Below are positions 43,288 to 53,724 of a stretch of DNA of 64,000 nucleotides, one piece after another. This DNA is from Naegleria gruberi. Lineage: Eukaryota. A program made the translations under genes and the position numbers. Each line of letters opens with the position of its first letter. Within the stretch, counting starts at the first letter, position 1. The stretch lies in the NCBI GenBank assembly GCA_000004985.1, contig GG738863.1; one strand, given 5' to 3'. The notes beneath the pieces are model-generated. The model did no database searches. It was not told where the DNA came from and saw only the letters and a program-made list of their open reading frames with translations.

Positions 43288-45475
43288 TAAGTTTTGATTT
43301 GATTGAACAAATCAAATTGAATGAAAAATTTATCATGGATATTCAAGCTTCACTAGGAGAAAATAATGGAAATTCATCTCTAATTTACCCAACCAGTGAG
43401 GAAAAATTTGACAAGTCCACTAAGAAGGAAATGTCACTCTATGTGAATAGAAGTGAATCAGAATTTTCCTACCACACACTCATACTAGATGCCTGTTCCT
43501 CTAATTTATTTACCTATGATACAAAGAAGAGAAAAATTCATTTCAAAGATGCACAAAAAATTAAGGAATTGATTTTGAAATGGACTGAAAGGAGTAAGGA
43601 TACACGAGTAGTTGTCATTTTCAGTGATAAAGACTCTTTCAGAGTTTCTCTCAATATACCTGCTAATCATGTCAATTCTTTAAATGTAATGCATTTGTTG
43701 AGAAATGCCATAATGGAATTGTCATTACCATCACCTGTTTATTATTGTACAGATAATGAAAATAAGGATATTTTTCTACTTATTTGCCAGGTAAGTTTAT
43801 ATTTTATTATTTACCGATTTAATCTATCCTATAATAATTATTCCAGATATTTTACGTTTATTCTATTAAAACGAGTGAATCATTATTAATTTCAGATAAC
43901 AAGATTGATTTACCAAAGACTATATTCAAATTATTCCCAAAACTTTCCTTAATAGATTATTCGAGCTTCTTCTCATTGGAAGATTTAAAATCACATTCAT
44001 TAGAACATAACAATACACCAATATCTAACAATGAAATTATTCCATTAGATTTCAATTCAAATGCAAGAAATATTGAAGCACCAAAACAAAGAAGATATCC
44101 ATTACTGAATCTTTTAAGCGAATCTGAGAATATGACGGATGAGTCTTACGTAGAGTACACTAAAAAGGGAATGTATCACGGTATGATTCTACAGAGACAA
44201 TACATTTCATATTTCGAATATAAGGAAGACTTTTTCGAATGCTCTGAACCAATTTTACTGAATGAAGAAAGTCAATCGAGAGTTATTCTATTTGATGACT
44301 TGGATAGAATGGAAGATGATGACAATCAGGAAGAGGAGCAGGAAGAGAATCCACTAGAAAGACTGAAAAGATTAAAAGAAATGTACAATAGGACAAAACA
44401 TTTAGATTCACAAGGAAGAGCCAATAGTAACGAAGCATATACGAGTGTTACTGTCGCGGGGTCATCTTCTACTGGAGTGTTTGCCATCAAAGATCCCTTT
44501 GGAAGAACAAATTCAACAAATATACCATCCCAAAATGATGGTATGGAACTTTCAACAGCTTCTCAAATGGAAAATGCTGCTCACAATCAGACATCATCAA
44601 CTGGTGTGATGGCCAATAGCGTTTTAGCTGACAGTAAAGTACTTTCAGCTCTCGTTGTGAACATGTCCATTCACCAAGTTATGAATCATTTTGGAATGAC
44701 ATTCTTTCAAAGAGGAAGAGACTATAAGAATGAATACAGAATTGATAATTTCAAAACTAAAATTATCAATAATGTTGCTTTCAAGCTCTATAGTACCTGT
44801 GTTGGTACGAGACCTGAACCATACAAGCAAGAAAGTATCATTAAGGAAGGAAAACTTTTGAAGGCTATTTGTAATTGTCCTATTGGAGCAGAAGGCACAT
44901 GCAAACATATTTGTGCTCAAATTCTAGCATTTAGAGAAAAGGACAAGTATATGAGAGAAAAGTTTGAATCTTTGAACAGTTCCAAGTCTGATAGGTTACT
45001 TCCTCCACCAATACCATTCTCTCAATTAGATCCAGTTCTAGATGATTGGTGTATCAAGGTAAAGGTTATCAAGAAACACAATGAGAAATCATGGGCCAAC
45101 GAGAGAGGTTCTGGACGTGTAGCTGCCATCACCATTGCTGATGAGCTTTCAGGAGATATGTCCCTCTCCTCAAAACAAAACAAGGTTAAATTGATCATGT
45201 TTAATGATTGTATCAATGAATTTTATGATCAAATGGAAGAAGGCGAAAGTTATTATGTCAATAAGGGACATTTAATCAAAAAGCCACACGAAGATTTCTT
45301 TGAAATTCAATTATGTACCAATACTGTAGTAAGAAATATTCATCAGCTCAATGTTAAATTTAAGGATCAACATAATACAAGCGCAGACTATTCAAGAATA
45401 TTCCAAGAGAAACTTCAAACTAAAAATATAGGAATTGAATTTGAGGAATATCCACTCAATTCAAGTACCACATAA
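43288..45475 (+). CDS. SWIM-type zinc finger + OB-fold (RPA-like) protein, 2 exons, 5' end in gap
   Basis: Reading frame open from gap. join(43288..43790,43847..45475) with a 56-nt GTAAGT...TCCAG intron, both phase 0, which removes the apparent TTG start of the track ORF. SWIM motif CNCPIGAEGTCKHICAQ. OB-fold-like WCIKVKVIKKH...GSGRVAAITIADELSGDM...FNDCINEFYDQMEEGESYYV. Confidence 0.5.
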
Positions 45476-45482
45476 TAATTCC

Positions 45483-46673
45483 ATGATTGAACCATCTCCT
45501 GAAAAGAAGAGAAAGATTGAGCAAGTCATTTCTCAAAATAATGCAGAGAATGAAAATATTGAGGATCAAGAAGAGGAGGACCAACCAGAAAGAAGAATAG
45601 TGAATAATGAATACGAATCACCAAATAAGAAGGCAAAACTACCATCCATTGATACTAGGTTTGATGATATTATGAATGCTCAAACAATGGAAAGCCAACA
45701 CTCAATCATTGCATCTCAACCAATGACCTCAACATCCAACGAATCCTGCAAGTCACAAATTATCAATACTCCAAGTACAGGTAAAAAGTCTCAGGTCATT
45801 GAAGAGGAAGTATTCAATGTTGATGAAGATGAGGAAATTCATCAAGTAATTGTTCAAGATGTAGATGAGGAGGAGGATGGGCCAATATTTACTAGTGACA
45901 ATTATCAGAAACCGGCCACTGAGTCTATCCTCGCTAAATCACAACCTTTGAGTTCATCAGAACTAGCAACAAAACCAAACACATCCTCTTCCACTGTACC
46001 ATCCAATAACAACTCACAAAAGAGTAACCATTCCAGTAACAGCTCGAGCACACCCACTCCAAAACCTCATTATTACTTTGATGAAAATGAACAGAGTCAA
46101 ACATTTGAAGATATTTTCTTTACTCCATTCAAAACTCCACAAACTTGCTCCACAAACAAAACAACACCTTCATCCACCTTCTCCCTCAATGCCAAACTAG
46201 AGAATATTCTTATTGACGATGAATCTTCCCCATTCTATCAAAGTGAATCAAAAACTAAGGACTTGATTCCTGATGATGATGTTCAAGAAATTGTAAATAG
46301 TCAAGAATTTGAAAGAAAACCAATGAGCCCTAAATCCCTAAGTCAACACAACAAGCCACAAGTTTTGGATTATGTTGTTTTGAGTGACAATGAAGAAGTG
46401 GAAATTTTGGACTTTGTCACTCCAAGAAAACCAATTCGTAAAAAGACCAAACCTCAATCCCCAATATTTCAACCTCCACCTCCTACCGATATTATTGTAA
46501 GGAAACCTTCTGCTTCAATAATTGTTGAAGAAAAACCAAACCAGCAACCAGAATCTTCCAATAATTCCACCTCAGCTTTAGATAATTCCACAACAACCCC
46601 TTCTTCCACCAAAACTCCTAAAAAAGTCAGTCTCAAATTCCTTCTCGATAACAATGACATGTCTGACTGGTAA
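45483..46673 (+). CDS. acidic Ser/Thr/Pro-rich low-complexity protein (possibly a C-terminal extension of the previous gene)
   Basis: The track start is TTG; the first ATG is 45483, 8 nt after the previous stop, in a different frame. Confidence 0.3.
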   Translation: MIEPSPEKKRKIEQVISQNNAENENIEDQEEEDQPERRIVNNEYESPNKKAKLPSIDTRFDDIMNAQTMESQHSIIASQPMTSTSNESCKSQIINTPSTGKKSQVIEEEVFNVDEDEEIHQVIVQDVDEEEDGPIFTSDNYQKPATESILAKSQPLSSSELATKPNTSSSTVPSNNNSQKSNHSSNSSSTPTPKPHYYFDENEQSQTFEDIFFTPFKTPQTCSTNKTTPSSTFSLNAKLENILIDDESSPFYQSESKTKDLIPDDDVQEIVNSQEFERKPMSPKSLSQHNKPQVLDYVVLSDNEEVEILDFVTPRKPIRKKTKPQSPIFQPPPPTDIIVRKPSASIIVEEKPNQQPESSNNSTSALDNSTTTPSSTKTPKKVSLKFLLDNNDMSDW

Positions 46674-47099
46674 ATCAATAATTTTCCTCAATAATAGTGT
46701 TCTTTTACTTTAATTCCATGCCTTTACCAATTTTACCTATCTATTAATAAGTTTTGTTTGTTGGTGGAATTTGCAATTTGCAGAAAGCACATTCTCTTAA
46801 AAAGAGCTCTGACAAAATCGTTGTTTTCAATTAAAATTAATTTAAATCTGAATTGAAAAAATATTCATCACAAGAGGTATGTACCCATCGTTCCGCTTTT
46901 ATGAACCGTGTTTTTGTTTGCTTTCCTTTTTTTTAACAATGATCATCATCAACAACATTAAACAACAATTCTGACAATAATATTTAACAATAATATATTT
47001 GCGGCAATTTGTGGATAATGAAAATGTGTGATGATATTCTTCTTGATAAATAATTTATTTCTTTGATGATGGACAAATTAATAATATTGTTAACAGAAA

Positions 47100-48524
47100 A
47101 TGCTCGATATCAACTTGTTAAGAGAATACAAGAACGGAAACCCTGAAATTGTCAGAGAATCCCAACGTAGAAGACACAAGGATGTTGCTCTCGTCGATAA
47201 AGTCATTGAATTGGATGCAGAATGGAGAAAGCTTACTGGTGAAGTTAATGGTATCAAGAACTTGGGCAACATTGTCAGCAAGGAAGTTGGTCAAAGAATG
47301 AAGGCTAAACAACCACTCGGTGATGATATTGAAATCCCACAAGAAATTTTGGCTACTGTCGATAAGAATTTTACAAAGGAAACTCTTGAAAGTGTTTTCC
47401 CTCAACTCAACACAAATCAATTGAAGAAACTTTCTAATCATATTACCGAAGTTCACGTCAAGCAAGCTGATACTGATGCTTCTAATAAGGAAAAGGAAAG
47501 AGATGAAGTTTTGCTTCAACTTGGTAACCTTGTTCACGAAACTGTTGTTGTTAGTGATAATGAAGATAACAATGGTATTGTTCGTTTGGTTGGTAATCCA
47601 AGACCAAAGGTTGATGACAGTGGATTCAAATGTCTTAAACATATTGATATCATGAGAAAGCTCGGATGTTTGGCTACTGAAGAAGGTACTCAAGTTGGTG
47701 GTGGTAGAGGTTATTTCTTGATGGGAGATTTGGTTAGATTGAACTTGGCTCTCCAAAATTATGCTATTCAATTTTTGACTGAAAAGGGATTCTGTCCAAT
47801 GTACACACCATTCTTCATGACAAAGGATCAAATGAAGAGAGTTGCTCAATTATCTCAATTTGATGAAGAATTATATACTGTTTCTGGTGAAGGTGAAGAC
47901 AAGTATTTGATTGCCACTTCTGAACAACCAATTGCTGCTTTCCACTTGGATAAGAGATTTGACGAAAGTGAACTTCCATTGAAGTATTGTGGTATGTCCA
48001 CTTGTTTCAGAAAGGAAGTTGGTGCTCACGGTAAGGATACTTTGGGTATTTTCCGTGTCCATCAATTTGAAAAGATTGAACAATTCGTTGTCACTTCTCC
48101 AAAGGACAATAAGAGTTGGGAAATGTTCGAAGATATGATTGGTAACTCTGAAGCTTTCTATCAATCTCTTGGTCTCTCCTACAGAGTTGTTAATATTGTC
48201 AGTGGTGCTTTGAACAATGCTGCTGCTAAGAAGTTAGATTTGGAAGCTTGGTTCCCAGGTGCTGAAGAAGGTAACGAATATCGTGAATTGGTTTCTTGCT
48301 CTAATTGTACTGACTATCAAGCCAGAAGATTGAACGTCAGATATGGTAAGGCTGCTACTAAGGGTGATGCTGAATTCTGTCACATGTTGAACTCTACATT
48401 GAGTGCTACTTCTAGAACTATTTGTTGTATTGTTGAAAATTACCAAACTCCAGAAGGTGTTAATATTCCAGAAGTTTTACAACCATACATGGGTGGTACC
48501 AAATTCATTCCATACAAGAAGTAA
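47100..48524 (+). CDS. serS: seryl-tRNA synthetase (class II aaRS), cytosolic type, intronless
   Basis: 474 aa. N-terminal coiled-coil arm, class II motifs (FRKEVGAHGKDTLGIFRVHQFEKIEQF, GxGxGxxR-like GGGRGYFL) and C-terminal ...CCIVENYQTPEGVNIPEVLQPYMGG typical of eukaryotic SerRS. Confidence 0.9.
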   Translation: MLDINLLREYKNGNPEIVRESQRRRHKDVALVDKVIELDAEWRKLTGEVNGIKNLGNIVSKEVGQRMKAKQPLGDDIEIPQEILATVDKNFTKETLESVFPQLNTNQLKKLSNHITEVHVKQADTDASNKEKERDEVLLQLGNLVHETVVVSDNEDNNGIVRLVGNPRPKVDDSGFKCLKHIDIMRKLGCLATEEGTQVGGGRGYFLMGDLVRLNLALQNYAIQFLTEKGFCPMYTPFFMTKDQMKRVAQLSQFDEELYTVSGEGEDKYLIATSEQPIAAFHLDKRFDESELPLKYCGMSTCFRKEVGAHGKDTLGIFRVHQFEKIEQFVVTSPKDNKSWEMFEDMIGNSEAFYQSLGLSYRVVNIVSGALNNAAAKKLDLEAWFPGAEEGNEYRELVSCSNCTDYQARRLNVRYGKAATKGDAEFCHMLNSTLSATSRTICCIVENYQTPEGVNIPEVLQPYMGGTKFIPYKK

Positions 48525-48728
48525 ATTTATTAATCTTTTGTTTTTAAATTTTACTTTCTTATGTGAGAAGGAACATAAGGAATCTAAATTTGAAAAATTC
48601 AAGTTAAGTTGGACTTGTTTCTATCCTGTGGTATCCTGCGGTGATCTATTCAGCTCAGAATTTCGAAACAATTCACGCCAAAGGAATCAAGTGAATTCAT
48701 TTATATTTCAGATTTTATGATAGTGGAT

Positions 48729-48819
48729 GGCTACGGCGTCCGATTTGAGAAGTTAAGCATCGTCGAGCCACATCAGTACTGAGGTTGGAGACAACTTGGG
48801 AACCTGTGGTGCTGTAGTC
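48729..48819 (+). rRNA. 5S rRNA gene copy with internal 27-nt deletion (91 nt; likely pseudogene or variant), followed by T-run
   Basis: GGCTACGGC|GTCCGATTTGAGAAGTTAAGCATCGTCGAGCC...GGTTGGAGACAACTTGGGAACCTGTGGTGCTGTAGTC TTTT is 100% identical to the full copy at 53607-53724 apart from lacking nt 10-36 (helix II/loop B). Confidence 0.7.
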
Positions 48820-48875
48820 TTTTATTTTGAAAACCTTTTGGCTATTTTCATCTTCAAAAAAAATGCAAGAAGAAA

Positions 48876-51389
48876 ATGCCACCCTCAATAACTGCAAGTA
48901 ACGAGAAACTAAAATCAAAGAAAACGACAAAGAGGAAAAATGAAGAGGAATATATTCCTTTTGATAATGATGAATTTATTGAGGCAGAGGATGAAACTAC
49001 GAAAGCAAAAAAACCAACAAAAACAAATATTAAGGTTACTACTCACAACAATCCTGTGCCAAGCACACCCAAAAAGAGAAAAACAGGATCTACTGTTGAC
49101 TTTGTTCCTGTAACCACCCCATCCACATATACAAATTCAAACCATAATCCTGTTAAAGTGGATTTTTGCCAGTCAGACCTGGCTAACGATGATAGCCTGT
49201 TTAAAATACCATTTATTAACAGAGAATATGTTTCTCAACAATTAGCAGAATCTCTATTACTCCAAAAATCCACACAAAAAGGAATCCTGCCAATTTTGAG
49301 CCAACATTTTGGAAGTGGAAAGACAGCCCTTGTTGAAAACTTTAGACAAGTTTTAACAAGAAACAATATTTCTCTTGTTGGCACAGAAGAAAATGTCAAG
49401 AGTTTGATGCAGGCTGCCTTGGTTTATTTGGACGTATCAATTGAGGCTCCTTCTGATAAGTTTGAGGATTTAGATTTAAAAGGTATTTTTTTTGAAAATT
49501 GCTTGGAAAGAACATGTGATGCTTTAAAACAGGTTGATGCAACATTCTTGGACGAATCAGAAAAGGAAAAATTGAAAATGAGTTTGTCTGTGATTCAGAA
49601 TATGGTTTGTAATGAAGAACCACTCTACTTGCATCAGAAAGTTGTTGCCTCATTCAAGGATTGTGGTAACATTTTCAACTTTTTTCAAAGATGGTCAAAA
49701 AACCAACTTTTTCCCTTACTTTTATTTTTTGATGAATTTTCCCACTTGGGAGAGAGTGTAATTCTCAAATTTTGGCAAAGGTTGAAACTGCTCTTTGGAT
49801 GTACAAACCCTGGAAAAACTATTAGATATCCAGGTATATATATTGTGGTTGCTGGTAAATCGGCTGCCCTCGCCAAATTAGGAAGAGGTTTCATTGTTTC
49901 TCCAACGCCATCTATTCACATTGTATTGGACATGCTGAAAGTTGAGCATATAGCTGAACTGATAACTGAGTTAGAAATTTCACCAAACAAAAGTATTACA
50001 ATGAAACAATTTTTGGAACAGGAATTCAAAATTGGGAAACATTTTGAGTTTTTTTGTAAAGTTCTTCATGAATATTCTGGAGGAATACCTAGACTAATTA
50101 TCAAAACAGCATTCTCTTTTGTGGACTATTGGCGTAGAACAGGAAAAGCAGTGGAATTGTCTTCACGAGAAAAAATTGAGCTAGTATTTAAAAGTTTCAA
50201 AACAAGTGAAATATTGAGCCATGTAAGAAACCTTTCTGAAATAATTCCATTAACATTTGAGGCTGACCATCCTTCATATTCAACCTTGAAAAGATTTTTC
50301 TATTTTGCAACTGTCGGAATTCCAGTAGAACCAAAAGCAAATATGATTGATCTAATATATGATTTGAATATTGGAGTGGAAACCATGTTGGTAGCAGAGG
50401 AAGATGTTTCACACCAATATTTTCGACCAATTGTTCCAAAATTTATTTCACTTTCAGAAATAGAAATACCTGAAAAAATTCAAATGTTGCAACAAATATT
50501 CTCTCATGGATTTAAAGAGTCTCAATATGTTGACAAAGGAGCATTGCTAGAAATACTTGTACGAGATACCATCATTAGCAAAATTGTTTTTCTTATCACA
50601 GAAAACAAGTTGAAAGGAGGCAAATGGAAAACAATACATCCATGTTTTGCAAAATCAAATCTCTTGAGAGATAAAATTGTCAAGATGGATACACAGTATG
50701 TGAGATACATGCCAAAAATTATTACCAGCAATAAGGCCAAGTGTCATAAAGATTCAGAATACTTTGAAATGGATATTCCTTGGGACCATACAGCATCTGA
50801 TCAAAACTGGAAAAAAGTGAAACAAGTCTTTTTTATTGGTGATTGCCTTGTTCATCCAGCTCCTAAATCAAGGTCAAGTGATTTTTACATCAACCTCCCT
50901 CCTGATTGTGCACTTGCTTTTGCAGTTAAGAATTATCCAAAAACTGTATTTTCAATTCAAATGCTACAACAAGAGATTGATACGTGTTTTTTATCTACAC
51001 AGAAAGGCACTTTTTCAAAGATTACATTATTCGTATTTTGTAGTGGTATTGAACATTCTGATCTTAATAACTATTGCGATCGTGATGGATGTTTGGTTCT
51101 TGAATCTGGAGTTTATGAGTTTGAGGAGAATAATACTATCAAAACAACTCAATCAAGTTTTAAACCAGTTTTTAAAAAACTTAGAAATACACCAAATAAT
51201 ATATCAGAGTACTCACCGCCACACCACGATCTCAAAATTTATATCCCTGACGACATGGAAGTTATCGTTTTAGGCAAGCAAAGTTTTGACTCTTTTTTCA
51301 ATGAAAATGATAGGTCATTATTGCAACGCTTATCAACAGACTTGCCAACTGTTCAACACCTAGAAAGCATTTTACCAAATATTTATTAA
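48876..51389 (+). CDS. uncharacterised P-loop NTPase (837 aa) with basic N-terminal NLS-like region
   Basis: ATG confirmed. Walker A LSQHFGSGKTALVENF, candidate Walker B LLLFFDEFSHLGE, and a large C-terminal region of unknown fold. Lies between the two 5S copies. Confidence 0.55.
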   Translation: MPPSITASNEKLKSKKTTKRKNEEEYIPFDNDEFIEAEDETTKAKKPTKTNIKVTTHNNPVPSTPKKRKTGSTVDFVPVTTPSTYTNSNHNPVKVDFCQSDLANDDSLFKIPFINREYVSQQLAESLLLQKSTQKGILPILSQHFGSGKTALVENFRQVLTRNNISLVGTEENVKSLMQAALVYLDVSIEAPSDKFEDLDLKGIFFENCLERTCDALKQVDATFLDESEKEKLKMSLSVIQNMVCNEEPLYLHQKVVASFKDCGNIFNFFQRWSKNQLFPLLLFFDEFSHLGESVILKFWQRLKLLFGCTNPGKTIRYPGIYIVVAGKSAALAKLGRGFIVSPTPSIHIVLDMLKVEHIAELITELEISPNKSITMKQFLEQEFKIGKHFEFFCKVLHEYSGGIPRLIIKTAFSFVDYWRRTGKAVELSSREKIELVFKSFKTSEILSHVRNLSEIIPLTFEADHPSYSTLKRFFYFATVGIPVEPKANMIDLIYDLNIGVETMLVAEEDVSHQYFRPIVPKFISLSEIEIPEKIQMLQQIFSHGFKESQYVDKGALLEILVRDTIISKIVFLITENKLKGGKWKTIHPCFAKSNLLRDKIVKMDTQYVRYMPKIITSNKAKCHKDSEYFEMDIPWDHTASDQNWKKVKQVFFIGDCLVHPAPKSRSSDFYINLPPDCALAFAVKNYPKTVFSIQMLQQEIDTCFLSTQKGTFSKITLFVFCSGIEHSDLNNYCDRDGCLVLESGVYEFEENNTIKTTQSSFKPVFKKLRNTPNNISEYSPPHHDLKIYIPDDMEVIVLGKQSFDSFFNENDRSLLQRLSTDLPTVQHLESILPNIY

Positions 51390-51725
51390 GTATTGGAATA
51401 GCTTACAAGGTTGAAATTACTTCATTGCAATTAAATGACAGATGACATTAATAAACTTTCACGTTTTTCTATGCTAATATTAAGTGATGTTATGTTTCAT
51501 TTCACTTATATTTGACTCATTCATCAATTAGATTGCCAAGTTTTATCAAGCGATGTTAATTGTTTCATTTCACTAATGTAACCTTCTTGTTTTACCATGA
51601 TGATGACAATGATGCTGTAATTACAGAAGAGTTTTTTACATTTATCCTAAATCCACAAGCACTTGGAACTTATTGGTCAACTTGCTTTTCGAAATGGTAT
51701 TCATGGAAACACAACATTGAAAAAA

Positions 51726-53588
51726 ATGAATACAAATAACCTTCCCACAGATTGCTTGTTGTACTTGTGTGATTTTATGATCCTTCAATTGAATGATTAT
51801 TGCAATATTTTCCTAGTTAACAAACATTGGAGGAATTCATTGGAATTGAATAATCATTTCTGGTTGAGGCAAGTGTGTGGTATTGTTAAAATGGCTTCCG
51901 ATGATCATCATCATTCCTTTGATCAATTGTGTAGCATGGTAATTTATGGAAATTGGACTGAATTCAAATTAAAGTATAAAGGAAATGTGTATTTACATAA
52001 ATTTTGGAAGAGAATTGAAAAGTTAAAGGAAATGAGTAGTGATATTGAACTCTTAAAATCAGCAGCTTTTCAAGTGATTGTGCAATTTCATAGAAATGCA
52101 TCGAGTCAATTTCAAAAAGAACGGTTAAAATTGGAGAACACTCACTATTTGGAAAGGTTTGAAAAGTATCACTTCTTTTATCAAGATGAATATCAGTCGA
52201 ATGTCAATATGATTTTAACAATAGATAGCATGTTCATGACTCATTTCTCTCAGTATTGGGTTTATTTGATAGGCTTTGATACTAAATATCCAAATACACC
52301 AACCAGATTAACAACCATGTTTTTACAGAAATGTATCGAGTCGAAACAGAATTATTGTGGTAAAATGGCAAGTCTATTGTCATTTACTTTGAATAGTGAG
52401 ACACTCATTGGTATAGATGTTGAGAATTTTCTATCAACCTTGATCAATTCATTGCTAAAGTATTTCACAAACCCTAGTATTAGCAAGAATCACAAGCAAA
52501 AGCTCGATCTTTATCAAAAATTGATTGATGAAATGTTTTTGAATTTGAATGAGTATCATAGTGGTGAAATATTTGTTTCAATAATGAAACGACTTCAGTC
52601 TGATATTTTCCCACTTGTTTCCAAAGAAAAGCAACAATGTGAGATTGTCACAATACCAAAATTGTCAAAACAATTATTGAATATTATTTGCCAAGATGGA
52701 AATATGAGAGAAAATATTATCCCTTTCGTATTTTCTAATTTTCGAGTGGAGAGTAACATGTTACAAACCTTATTGAAAAGTTCAAGAGATTCATTTATAG
52801 TGAAATGGTACTATACTACTTTACGAGATGAATTCACATGTGTGATCTATCCTCAAATCGAATATGTGATGGGAGAAGAGTTGATTTCATTTCAAGAATT
52901 GATCCAAACATTGGCTAATCATTACATGAAACGAGGGAAGACATTTAAGAAACTGTTGCAAGATATTCAAAAAACTAGCTGTCCATTCAAAATGGTACTT
53001 AGAAAGGGCGTGGGATTATTAGAAACCATTGAGCATTTGGAATATTACTACCAACTCTACTCGACCAATATGAAGAAGGATGTTGTAAAAGAGTATTTGG
53101 CTGAAGCACTTGGAGAAATGTTTCCAAGTATGATAGAAAGTAGTGGCGTTCCTTTCGCCAAGAGTATTGTCGATCATTACAAGACCAATTTCCATATTCC
53201 TCTTCACAAATGCTCAAAAAAGAATCATGACGCAAACATGTGCTTTGATATTTGTGAGATTTTGACTGCCAATCAAAATTGTCCAAAGAATTGGAAAGAT
53301 AATCAAGCTTACTTTACGATTCATCCAATAGCTTTATATTTAATTGGAAATAGGTATTGTTATGGTGGAAATCTTGATCTTTCGAGCTTTCTTCCTGAAT
53401 ATGGAGAAACTATAATTACAGTTCCAATTTTGATAGATTTTGTGAGAACCTATACTGGTAATGATAGTTCACCAATTTATAGTTTTCCCTATTCGAAAGT
53501 TCCACCAACATCTATTCGATTCATTTTGAAGAAGGTCACATTGAAAACCTTACTTGAAAATCCAATGCTTATTCTGGATCACCTGTAG
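51726..53588 (+). CDS. F-box-like protein (620 aa), function unknown
   Basis: The track start 51663 is TTG; the first ATG is 51726 in an AAAAAAATG context, giving MNTNNLPTDCLLYLCDFMILQLNDYCNIFLVNKHWRNS (F-box-like). Second gene between the 5S copies. Confidence 0.5.
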   Translation: MNTNNLPTDCLLYLCDFMILQLNDYCNIFLVNKHWRNSLELNNHFWLRQVCGIVKMASDDHHHSFDQLCSMVIYGNWTEFKLKYKGNVYLHKFWKRIEKLKEMSSDIELLKSAAFQVIVQFHRNASSQFQKERLKLENTHYLERFEKYHFFYQDEYQSNVNMILTIDSMFMTHFSQYWVYLIGFDTKYPNTPTRLTTMFLQKCIESKQNYCGKMASLLSFTLNSETLIGIDVENFLSTLINSLLKYFTNPSISKNHKQKLDLYQKLIDEMFLNLNEYHSGEIFVSIMKRLQSDIFPLVSKEKQQCEIVTIPKLSKQLLNIICQDGNMRENIIPFVFSNFRVESNMLQTLLKSSRDSFIVKWYYTTLRDEFTCVIYPQIEYVMGEELISFQELIQTLANHYMKRGKTFKKLLQDIQKTSCPFKMVLRKGVGLLETIEHLEYYYQLYSTNMKKDVVKEYLAEALGEMFPSMIESSGVPFAKSIVDHYKTNFHIPLHKCSKKNHDANMCFDICEILTANQNCPKNWKDNQAYFTIHPIALYLIGNRYCYGGNLDLSSFLPEYGETIITVPILIDFVRTYTGNDSSPIYSFPYSKVPPTSIRFILKKVTLKTLLENPMLILDHL

Positions 53589-53601
53589 ATTTTTCTAAGA
53601 C

Positions 53602-53606
53602 AAAAA
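53602..53606 (-). terminator. RNA polymerase III oligo-T terminator of the 5S gene
   Basis: TTTTT directly 3' of the 5S 3' end on the minus strand. Confidence 0.6.
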
Positions 53607-53724
53607 GACTACAGCACCACAGGTTCCCAAGTTGTCTCCAACCTCAGTACTGATGTGGCTCGACGATGCTTAACTTCTCAAATCGGACGGGATGAGGTGC
53701 ATTCATCGTGATATGGCCGTAGCC
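53607..53724 (-). rRNA. 5S rRNA gene (118 nt), Pol III T5 terminator immediately 3'
   Basis: Minus strand reads GGCTACGGCCATATCACGATGAATGCACCTCATCCCGTCCGATTTGAGAAGTTAAGCATCGTCGAGCCACATCAGTACTGAGGTTGGAGACAACTTGGGAACCTGTGGTGCTGTAGTC. This matches the universal eukaryotic 5S pattern (GGCTACGGCCATA..., ...GAAGTTAAGC..., ...AGTACT..., ...TGGGAGAC-like..., GGTGCTGTAG) and has helix I pairing between the two ends. TTTTT follows at 53602-53606. Confidence 0.85.

Noticed and set aside
51440-51560. Imperfect ~25-nt direct repeat (gatgtta[t/a][g/t]tttcatttcact) between the two cassette genes
   Set aside because: Only two copies with mismatches in AT-rich spacer. Most likely chance or a minor promoter duplication. 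Not enough to call a repeat element.
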